Below are positions 19,373 through 27,468 of a stretch of DNA of 64,000 bases, in pieces. Numbering within the stretch: the first letter of the stretch is position 1; every line of letters starts with the position of its first letter. The notes under the pieces were generated by a model. It was not told the DNA's origin and searched no databases. It saw nothing but the letters and a program-made list of their open reading frames with translations. This DNA comes from Spirochaetia bacterium. GTDB lineage: Bacteria; Spirochaetota; Spirochaetia; Sphaerochaetales; Sphaerochaetaceae. The stretch spans positions 1,038,784-1,102,783 of the forward strand of contig JAKVOU010000001.1 in the NCBI GenBank assembly GCA_022482625.1. Direction: 5' to 3'. The translations under genes and the position numbers were made by a program.

Positions 19373-19900
19373 ATGGAACGTAATCGCCTTCCTTTCACGC
19401 TTGTCAAACACAATTCAAAATATGGGTACATTCGCTATTAGGATACTTTGGAAATTCGCAAAACAGTATCCAATGGTTGCATTTCAAAATCCACTGTAAT
19501 GAATAGAGCTACTGCCTGGTACGGTAAAGGCTTGTTGAACAATAATATCCAGGGAACCGTAACCATTCTTGACTATTCCCTGAATTGGTGGATTTGGAGA
19601 CAATACCAGTATATCCAAGGGAAACAGTTTCAAGGCTGTGTCCTCAACCAGCAATATTGCGATACGAACAGGAAACTGCTCGACCGGTACATCATTCCCG
19701 CTTTCGGGCAGATGCAGCTATGCCGGATTAAGGTAATCGATGTCGAACGATGGCTGCGTGCTCTCCTGGAACGGCAGGGTCTTGCCCCAAAATCGGCGAA
19801 TAATATCCTTTCGATCCTTTCTGTCATGTTGGAAGAGGCAGAACGTCTGGAAATCATCAGACGGAATCCCTGCAAATCCGTCAGGCCGCTTGTCGAGAAA
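19373..19900 (+). pseudogene. Tyrosine recombinase (phage-type integrase) remnant: in-frame TAG and 3' truncation
   Basis: The ATG at 19373 follows GGGGAGAAA, and there is an in-frame TAG at 19439..19441. The downstream frame encodes an N-terminal SAM-like/core-binding domain (IIPAFGQMQLCRIKVIDVERWLRALLERQGLAPKSANNILSILSVMLEEAERLEIIRRNP). The catalytic domain is absent, and the sequence switches to IS630 at 19901. Confidence 0.7.
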
Positions 19901-19927
19901 ACCCCGGCAAAGCCTTCTTCGGCATAG
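19901..19927. repeat. 27-bp inverted duplication, copy 1
   Basis: The reverse complement of 19901..19927 (CTATGCCGAAGAAGGCTTTGCCGGGGT) is identical to 23459..23485. Bases flanking both copies differ. Confidence 0.9.
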
Positions 19928-20224
19928 AGCCTTGACACATTGGTCACTGTCGCAAGGCAGACACCTGCACTGTCTGCGACCTGCTCATGTGAATATCGTT
20001 CCCCGTGATTCTCATCAAGCAGGAGGAGCTGCCTCCCCCTGGCAATGATGGTGTTGGACACTTTCCTGCCCTTGAGCATCTTTCCGATCGTGGTGACCTG
20101 ATCATCGGTCAGCCTGACTTGGTATTTCCGTGTCCGTTTCCTTGCCATATCCACCTCTGTCCATATCTTATTTGAGGTGTCTGGCAAGTGTCAATAAAGC
20201 ATAAATATCATTGAGGCATCACAC
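19901..20224 (-). mobile_element. IS630-family element, 5' fragment (left terminal repeat plus transposase N-terminus), inverted relative to the rest
   Basis: The minus-strand ATG at 20148 gives MARKRTRKYQVRLTDDQ...CLATVTNVSRLYAEEGFAGV, an HTH transposase N-terminus. The terminal repeat ATAAATATCATTGAGGCATCACAC at 20201..20224 is followed by TA. The coding sequence continues at 23459 on the opposite strand. Confidence 0.7.
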
Positions 20225-20403
20225 TAGCTTATGGGATGCTGGTTACTTGTCTGATGACATATTTTTCGGCAAAGGCAATAACTTACAGCTTAGGTGAGAA
20301 ATTCGGATGGCAATAGAGAATTTCTTTGTTTCCGTCGATTGTATTATTTCTTTGTTTAAGTAGGATTGTCATTGGCCTGCCATGCTGGCCATGAACAATC
20401 CCT

Positions 20404-20850
20404 CTATATGGAAAAATTGAACGGCATATATAATGACCTGACGAACGATCCTTGGAGATCTCCTTCCTGGATTTTGGCATGAGAAACAGATAGCATAATT
20501 CTCCGTCTGCTTCCCCTCGAATAAGCCAATCTGCTGTTAGTCTCGATCGAGGGTCGTGACGACCTAAGTAATCTATCGAAGTTTTGGCTTTTCGCCAGAT
20601 CTTTCATCGTAAGTTTGCCTTCTTCTATTGCTTTTCTCAAATCCCCGGGATTGTTTCGTGCAAACGGAAGATCGGAAAGATGATCTGGGATTCCTGTGAG
20701 ATGAATAAACTGTTCCATTTCAAATTGGATGTTGATGGAGTATTTTTTCCCTTTCTTTGCAACGATAAAATAGTAGGTACATGAGGAGGCCATCTTTGAA
20801 TACGCCCGATAACAGCAATTCAACGCATCCAATTCAGAGACCCCCAACAA
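20404..20850 (-). CDS. PBECR4-like (Barnase/EndoU/ColicinE5-RelE-like) nuclease-domain protein, probably C-terminally disrupted
   Basis: YYFIVAKKGKKYSINIQFEMEQFIHLTGIPDHLSDL resembles the beta-strand plus F-x-HL-x-G motif I associate with PBECR4 proteins. The C-terminal third looks like out-of-frame sequence, and a second ORF (20283..20480) overlaps it. Confidence 0.4.
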   Translation of the reverse strand: MLGVSELDALNCCYRAYSKMASSCTYYFIVAKKGKKYSINIQFEMEQFIHLTGIPDHLSDLPFARNNPGDLRKAIEEGKLTMKDLAKSQNFDRLLRSSRPSIETNSRLAYSRGSRRRIMLSVSHAKIQEGDLQGSFVRSLYMPFNFSI

Positions 20851-20853
20851 TTC

Positions 20854-20887
20854 AAAAAAAACCTGAAGACGGAGCTTCAGGTTTTTT
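20854..20887. terminator. Bidirectional hairpin terminator
   Basis: A8-AACCTGAAG-acggag-CTTCAGGTT-T6, immediately upstream (minus sense) of the PBECR4-like gene. Confidence 0.6.
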
Positions 20888-21195
20888 AAAGAAGTACGTT
20901 TCTTTCAGTCAGCACCACCTCATGGCAATACTGCTTACAACCAAGGTGCGGTACGTACAAACCCTTCACAGCTCAGCAGGCACTGTATCTTGGCCCAATC
21001 CCTGCATCATCGCAATCACTACTGATCATGCCAGCAATGAGTAGGACTCTTGCCCTACACATAGAGTATAAGCAGGATGCATAAAACAGTCAATTGAAAT
21101 AGCATTCTGTAGCATTTGATAGCATACAGTATCCTACATTGTGTTTGTTTTACAGCTCTGTTTTCAGAGCGTTTAGCAGAAATTGTGTCCAATAC

Positions 21196-22033
21196 TTACC
21201 ATGAAGACATGCTGCTGTCCGAATATCCTGACGAAACCATGGTGTGTTGTTTTGCCTTTGCTGAATGATTCTGCACCCATACGGCAAGATTATCGAGGGT
21301 CAGTACGGCTCTTTGCCGGCCCGCCGGCGAAATTCCGCCTTTCCGATAGCCCTTTGCATCAAACGAAATTCCTTCCAATGAGACGGTTGTCGTCCTGGAG
21401 CTGTCATGTACCCATCCCATGCCTTCCAGCAGAACGCGGGTCATGACTCCGTGGTATTCCCCGTTTGTATGATTGTCATAGGAGTATTCGTTGGCTCTGG
21501 ATGCCGTCAGTACATGAATATCCTGATAGTTTTCCGCAGCGCCTGGAGCGAAAAATCGTTGCCAGGCGTTATCGGAAACTCCGGAGTCATATTCATACAG
21601 CGGAAACGGGAAACGTTGTGTACGCTACCTCATCGGTGGCGGCGAGTGCCAGAGAAACGTCTCCGTTGTTGCTTGTCCCATGGCCGCTGAAGTACAGCAC
21701 GAATATGGCGCTTGAAGATGTTTGCGCTGCGAATTCCTGCAATCGGGTTCGAAGAGTGACGGCATCCGGATACAGATTCGTTTGTTCCCTGTCCGGACCT
21801 TCCTGCATCATGACCGTTTCGGACATGTCTGTTCCCGAGCTCCATGCAAGGTTCTGCATGCATGCTGCCATTTCCTTCACGTCCGGAATGGTTCCCCGAA
21901 GTGTCTGTACCGGGGAATTGGCATAGTCACAGCCGGCGGCCAGGAAATACATCTTCGGTTTGGATATCGGCTCCACGGAGCAACTGAAGAGACAGAAAAG
22001 CATGCCCAGAAGGAACGGCCACCGATGCTTCAT
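21196..22033 (-). pseudogene. Caspase-fold (peptidase C14-like) lipoprotein gene, frameshifted
   Basis: Lipoprotein signal MKHRWPFLLGMLFCLFSCS and FVLYFSGHG (caspase His-Gly motif). The frame breaks between 21596 and 21625 and continues as PLYEYDSGVSDNAW...IHVLTASRANEYSYD...GEYHGVMTRVLLEGMGW to 21196. Confidence 0.4.
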
Positions 22034-22206
22034 TTTCTGGTCCTCCCCAGAGCCCGCATGGTAAAGCCGAGTCCGACGGCAAGGCCCGTGGCTTCCGGCC
22101 TGATCATACAGGTGAGATGAGGGACGATACGATACTGCAACACTCCCGTAGAATCGTTACCGAAACGAAATGCTGCCGCTGCCGTAATCATCAGCATGGC
22201 AAATGA
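22030..22206 (-). pseudogene. 3' remnant of an unidentified gene cut by the IS3 element
   Basis: The minus-strand frame ends ...AAAAFRFGNDSTGVLQYRIVPHLTCMIRPEATGLAVGLGFTMRALGRTRK, and its stop overlaps the caspase-like start (ATGA). The upstream part of the listed ORF 22030..22401 is antisense to IS3 OrfA and therefore spurious. Confidence 0.25.
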
Positions 22207-23458
22207 AATGGAAAGATCCGTATATGTTGCCGTTATGGCTGCGGTATCCAGAAATGCCGATATGCAGGGCAATATCTCCCGTTCGATTCGAAGACCGATG
22301 CCGTACGCCAGGTATGGGACGGCAAGCACTCCATCAACGGTACGGCCCGCCAGCTTGGCATCAGCAAGCCCACGCTGTATACATGGCGGCAGGAACTGCA
22401 TGAAGAAGGTACCAGGCTGGCCTCAGTGCCCATGGATTCAGCCGAGACGAAGCGGCTGAGGAAGATAAGGAAACTGGAGAGGGAGAACGAACTGCTGAGG
22501 ACGGAGCTTGCCGTGCTAAAAAAACTCAGCGCCTCAGTCCCCGAGAAAAAGTGACCCTGCGCCCCAGGCTGGTGCAGATCGTCACGGAACTGAGGCCTCT
22601 GTACAGGCTCGCAGACCTCCTCCGTCTTACGGGCCTGAGTCCGAGCACCTACTACTATGACCTTGCCTGCCAGGACAGGCCTGACAGGGACAGGGTACTC
22701 AAGGATGAGATAAAGGCAATCTACCATGAGAACAACGGCCTGTACGGCTACAGGAGGATCCATCTCCAGCTGTGCAACAACGGATGGAAGGTAAACAGGA
22801 AGGCCGTGCAGCGGCTCATGCAGGTACTGCACCTCCATGGGAAAAGCCACAAGGCCAGGAAGTACAGGTCTTACCGGGGTGCAGTGGGCACGGTTGCAGA
22901 CAACCTGCTGCACCGTGAGTTCAGGGCTACGGGGCCGGACGAGAAGTGGGTCTCCGACATAAGCGAGTTCAAGAGCCGTGAAGGAAAGGTCTACCTGTCC
23001 CCGATCATAGACCTCTTCAACCAGGAGATGGTCAGCTGGGACATCTCCTTCAGGCCTGACTTCGAACAGGTGACCAGGATGCTTGAACGGTCATTCGACA
23101 GGCTGGGCAACGGCAAGCACCCGATCTTCCATACGGACCAAGGCTGGCAATACCAGATGGATGCCTTCACTACCATGCTGTCAGAACACGGGCTGGTACA
23201 GAGCATGTCACGGAAGGGCAACTGCCTGGACAACGCCATGGCAGAGAACTTCTTCAGCATCGTCAAGAACGAAATGTTCTATGGAAGGAAACCATACAGG
23301 ACAAGGGAAGAACTGAAGGTTGCACTGGAAGAATACATCGGGTATTATAACAACGTACGGATCAAGGCCGGCCTAGGAGACCTGAGTCCTGTCCCGTATC
23401 GTCGGAGGTACTGGAGTAAAGAGGAACTTCATCCAGCCTTCCGGGGTCAGGACACACA
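22207..23458 (+). mobile_element. IS3-family insertion sequence remnant (OrfA/OrfB with A7 -1 slippery site), 5'-truncated
   Basis: Frame 1 (22207..22554) encodes DAVRQVWDGKHSINGTARQLGISKPTLYTWRQ and LRKLERENELLRTELAVLKKLSA (HTH plus leucine zipper) but has no start codon and no left inverted repeat. An A7 run lies at 22518..22524. The -1 frame encodes a DDE OrfB (GYRRIHLQL, KWVSDISEF, HTDQGWQY, SRKGNCLDNAMAENFF, YYNNVRIK). The right end ...GACACACA at 23458 abuts IS630 sequence. Confidence 0.75.
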
Positions 23459-23485
23459 CTATGCCGAAGAAGGCTTTGCCGGGGT
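23459..23485. repeat. 27-bp inverted duplication, copy 2
   Basis: CTATGCCGAAGAAGGCTTTGCCGGGGT, identical to the reverse complement of 19901..19927. Confidence 0.9.
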
Positions 23486-24385
23486 CATGAGCTACAAGCG
23501 CCACGAGAATTCCGACAATGCAAGGCGGAAGATGGACGGCAGGACAGAAGCGGAGATCATCAGGGTCGCGTGCGGTCCGGTCCCCGAAGGGCATGCAAGG
23601 TGGACGCTCCGACTGCTGGAAGCCAAGGCAAGGGCTGAGCTGGATGTGCCCGTAAGCAGGAGCACCATCGCAAGGACGCTAAAAAAAACTGGATTCGACC
23701 TCACCGCAATGCATACTGGTGCATCCCGAAGAAGGCGGACGTACAGTCCGTAGCCTGTATGGAAGACGTCCTTGACGTCCATGAACGGCCATATGACCCG
23801 AAAAGGCCGGTGCTGCCCATGAAGCCCGGGAGCGACCGGAAGACGGATTCGGAATATATCAGGAAGGGCACGTGCAGCATCTTTGCATTCGTCGAACCTC
23901 TGGGCGGGAACCATCACTGCGATGTGAAGGCCCGGCGGACAGCCGTCGACTGGGCGCATCAGATCAGGTTCCTTGTCGATGTAATCTCCCCGGAAGCAGA
24001 AACCGTCATCCTTGTCATGGACAACCTCAACACCCATGCCCCCGCCTCCCTGTACAAGGCATTCCCTCCCAAGGAGGCAAGGAGGATCCTCAGGAAACTG
24101 GAACTGCACTACACCCCCAGGCCAGGCATGGCAGCTGGGGCTCAACATGGCCGAGATTAAACTGAATGTGATGATCAGCCAGTGTTCCCGTCGTCTGGAA
24201 AGCCTTACGCAGATAGCCGCAGAACTTGCCTGCTGGGAAAGGGAGAGGAAGCAACTGAAAGCAACGATCAAGTGGCAGTTCACGACAAAGGATGCACGGG
24301 TGAAGCTCAAGTCCCTGTATCCCATAAGAAGGACAGACTCAGGCTATGCATCTACTAAATGATAAATATCATTGAAACGGTACAC
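23459..24385 (+). mobile_element. IS630-family element, 3' fragment (decayed DDE transposase plus right terminal repeat)
   Basis: It starts YAEEGFAGVMSYKR, continuing the 19901..20148 fragment. WIRPHRNAYWCIP, VILVMDNLNTH, HYTP, LNMAEIKLNVMISQC and WQFTTKDARVKLKSLYP are spread over three frames, with shifts at the A8 run 23681..23688 and near 24120. The terminal repeat ATAAATATCATTGAAACGGTACAC at 24362..24385 is followed by TA. Confidence 0.75.
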
Positions 24386-25278
24386 TAGATTAACCCTTTC
24401 TCCTGCAGCATCTGCTTTGCTACAGCATCAACATCCTGTCCTTCATCAACCATCAGATTATATTTCTGCATATCTGCATCGCTGAATTCACCATTAAGGG
24501 CATTCAAGGCATCAGTTACATCAGGATGTTTCTTGGCAAATTCTGTTTTCATGATAGGCGCACAGTAATATGGTGGAAATATCTCACGATCATCAACAAG
24601 ATTGACCAAATTATACTTTCTTATACGTCCGTCGGTAGCATAGGCAGCATCAACATCAATCTTTCCGTTTACAAGAGCAATATACGTAAGCCCCTGATCC
24701 ATTGTCTTGTAGTCTTTGAACTTGAATCCGTATGCTTTCTCGACTGCAGGCAGACCATCGTTTTCCCTGACAGGAAACTCAGAATCTCCACCTATAAGAA
24801 AATCCTTTGCATATGGAGCAAGATCAGAAATCTTCTTCAAATGATATTTTTTCGCCGTTTCCTGTGTTACCGAAAGAGCATAGGTGTTGTTGAATCCCAT
24901 AGGATTAAGACATGTAATCCCATATTGCTCCTCAAATGCCTTCTTTACATAGTCAAAGGTTTCCTGTTCACCGAGATGTTTTGTCTGGTGAAGCATGACA
25001 CTGTACATGGTACCTGTATATTCAGCAAAAACATCGGCCTCTCCGTTTTGGATTGCATTGAAACAGAGCAATGACCCACCAAGTTCCTTTACCTTTGTTT
25101 TATAGCCTTTGCTTTCCAGGTATTGCCCGAGCATTTCTCCAAGGAGTCGTTGCTCGGTAAAGCTTTCATGCACGATTGTGACAGTATCTTCAGTTTGTCC
25201 ATTCGCAAAGACCGGCATTCCAGCAAAAACCAGAAAAATCATACTGGTCTCCAACAAAAGTTTCAGTTTTTTCTTCAT
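24385..25278 (-). CDS. Glycine betaine/osmoprotectant ABC transporter substrate-binding protein (OpuAC/OpuBC family), no cognate permease or ATPase nearby
   Basis: It has a signal peptide. GEADVFAEYTGT, NPMGFNNTYAL, YIALVNGKIDVDAAYATDG and DDREIFPPYYCAP are typical of the PF04069-type binding fold. Confidence 0.75.
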   Translation of the reverse strand: MKKKLKLLLETSMIFLVFAGMPVFANGQTEDTVTIVHESFTEQRLLGEMLGQYLESKGYKTKVKELGGSLLCFNAIQNGEADVFAEYTGTMYSVMLHQTKHLGEQETFDYVKKAFEEQYGITCLNPMGFNNTYALSVTQETAKKYHLKKISDLAPYAKDFLIGGDSEFPVRENDGLPAVEKAYGFKFKDYKTMDQGLTYIALVNGKIDVDAAYATDGRIRKYNLVNLVDDREIFPPYYCAPIMKTEFAKKHPDVTDALNALNGEFSDADMQKYNLMVDEGQDVDAVAKQMLQEKGLI

Positions 25279-26485
25279 AATTCAATTCCTTCAGGCATTT
25301 TGCCTCCGTTTTATATTTGTGCATGAAACATACACAACTGTCCTCTAGGCGTAGAAAACATTTCGGGCACAAAGCATTTTCGAAGTCAAATTTTTTCCAA
25401 CAGTCCGGGGTGAGAGCCTGCAAATACCTCCCACAAAGAATAGGGAAGTATTACTTCGGTAAAAAACCTTCAGGGCATGCAGACCTATTACAACGATAAG
25501 AATTACTATCCTCATCGCACCAATCCCCATAACCATGTCAATACATGACACAATCGTAACGGATAACAAAATTCGTACATTTCTAGGTAGAATTTATCCT
25601 TGGGGAATCCCATTCTTCTCGTTGCATCAATATTTGCAGGATCAACACTGTAACATCAGGAAAAATATCCTTGATGATTGGTAGTAACATCCCCTGCAAC
25701 AGTCCACTGGGAAATAGCCCAATATTTCTAGATAGTACCAGTACCTTGGCCAAGTTGGATTCTGTCCCTATTGCGGATACTTTTCCTATTGCCAGGTTTT
25801 CCCCCATACATTGGTTCAACAAACCAGCCAGGCATTCGTGTAGTCACGGCTTTGTCACAGCCACTTTTCCCACAAACATGACAATTCTCCAGTATCAATA
25901 TATATATATTGGAATCTTCACTGTCATCAGTGCAGACCATATACATATGCATACATTACAATCGATGTTTCCCATTTTGTTTTACACATACAGATACTTG
26001 GAACAGTGATTATGACCGTTTTCTACTGACAACCTTATTATAAAATAAAGTTGTCAGTTTGGTCAACATACATGAGTTTGTTGCACCATAGAGATTTTAT
26101 ACAACTTAAAACCGCAGGATTCCCAGCTAAAACCTATGTACAGATTTCACAAGAAGTCAGCATTCATAAAAACAGATTCTCTCTTATATCCGAAGCTGGC
26201 TATACCAACGGGAAAAAAGTTTTCCTACCCTATCCTCAGTTGTTCCGCTGTGAAGAAAGCGCCAATCGTATTCCCAATCATACTAACAGTGACCCTGTTA
26301 CTTTTTGTATGAACGATATGAAATTCTGTTCCTTTCAAATGAATTACTTCTCCTTTCAGCTTCAAACATTCCTTATCTAATACAATCATGTCAATTTCCC
26401 AATGTTATATTGACATATTTTTATCGATTTATTATTATCTATATATGTAAGGGATGTATAACAACTATTCCGAAAGGAGAACATA

Positions 26486-27250
26486 ATGGATTTATTTACA
26501 CTAACAGGGAAAAAAGCGTTGGTAACCGGAGCTTCTTCCGGCCTCGGCGTACAATTTGCTTTGGCATTGGCCAAACAAGGAGCCGATGTTGCTATCGTAG
26601 CACGTAGAGTCAATAAACTTGAAGAGACAAAGAAAAAGATTGAAGCACTCGGAGTCAAATGCCTGGCTCTTAAATGCGATGTAACGAAAACCGATGAAAT
26701 TGCAAAGACCGTACAGGAAGTTGCGAAACAATTCGGTAGAATTGACATCCTGGTAAACAATGCAGGTATTGCCCTCTTCGGACCAGCAGAACAACAAACA
26801 GATGAACTATGGACCACGATGATAAACACTAACCTCAACGGAGTTTATTTCTTTGCCAGGGAAGTCGGTAAAGTCATGCTCAAGCAGCATTATGGCAAGA
26901 TTATCAATGTCGGTTCCATCCATAGTAATGTAGCAATGCGCGGTTTGCCACTGTCTGCATATTGCACGACAAAAGGCGGAGTTGAAATGATGACAAAAGC
27001 CTTGGCAACCGAATGGGCTCAGCAAGGCATTACCGTCAATGCCATCGGTCCGGCTTACTTCCCAAGTGAAATGACAGGCGGAATCATTGATGAACCGGAA
27101 TTCAAGCAAGTCATCGAAATGTCCTGCCCTATGGGGCGTGCAGGAAAGCCTGGTGAACTTGATGGTGCAATCGTTTATTTTGCCTCTGATGCTTCATCCT
27201 ATACCACGGGACAGTTGCTCTCGGTAGATGGAGGATGGACAGCAATCTGA
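26486..27250 (+). CDS. SDR-family oxidoreductase
   Basis: TGASSGLG cofactor motif, NNAG, and the catalytic Y-x3-K (YCTTKGG). 254 aa; AAGGAG lies upstream. Confidence 0.85.
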   Translation: MDLFTLTGKKALVTGASSGLGVQFALALAKQGADVAIVARRVNKLEETKKKIEALGVKCLALKCDVTKTDEIAKTVQEVAKQFGRIDILVNNAGIALFGPAEQQTDELWTTMINTNLNGVYFFAREVGKVMLKQHYGKIINVGSIHSNVAMRGLPLSAYCTTKGGVEMMTKALATEWAQQGITVNAIGPAYFPSEMTGGIIDEPEFKQVIEMSCPMGRAGKPGELDGAIVYFASDASSYTTGQLLSVDGGWTAI

Positions 27251-27468
27251 CATTCTGATAGGAAAACACAAGAAGGTGTATCCCTGCCGATATTCTCGGC
27301 TCAGGATACACCTTTTTATCATTCTGTACTTACCTACTTGAATTTATTGGAAAGACATTTCCACATGCATAAAATCAGCAAGCATCTTGTTTCAATGCTG
27401 GCCTGCCTATACAATGGTTCTCATATATCGTTACTTCCAAACAGAAAGAAAAATACCAGAGGCAACCT

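Noticed and set aside
22518-22524. A7 tract in IS3 read as a possible mutation-type frameshift
   Set aside because: This is the normal programmed -1 ribosomal frameshift site of IS3-family OrfA/OrfB. It is not a lesion or a novelty.
22233-24325. Minus-strand ORFs 22233..22913 (226 aa) and 23492..24325 (277 aa)
   Set aside because: Both are antisense to recognisable IS3 and IS630 transposase sequence and have no motifs of their own. They are shadow ORFs in GC-richer mobile DNA.
25190-25423. 77-aa minus-strand ORF overlapping the start of the binding-protein gene by 88 nt
   Set aside because: It is out of frame with a well-supported gene that has its own GGAGG-type RBS, and no motif beyond scattered cysteines was seen. 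It is treated as leader sequence rather than a gene.
19244-26500. Direct repeat of the tRNA-Leu 3' end (attR) that would delimit the island
   Set aside because: I scanned the intergenic stretches after the IS630 end and around 25.3..26.5 kb by eye for TTCAAATCTTGTTCTGGGCA-like sequence and saw none. The island edge may have been deleted or may lie elsewhere. A computational repeat search is needed.
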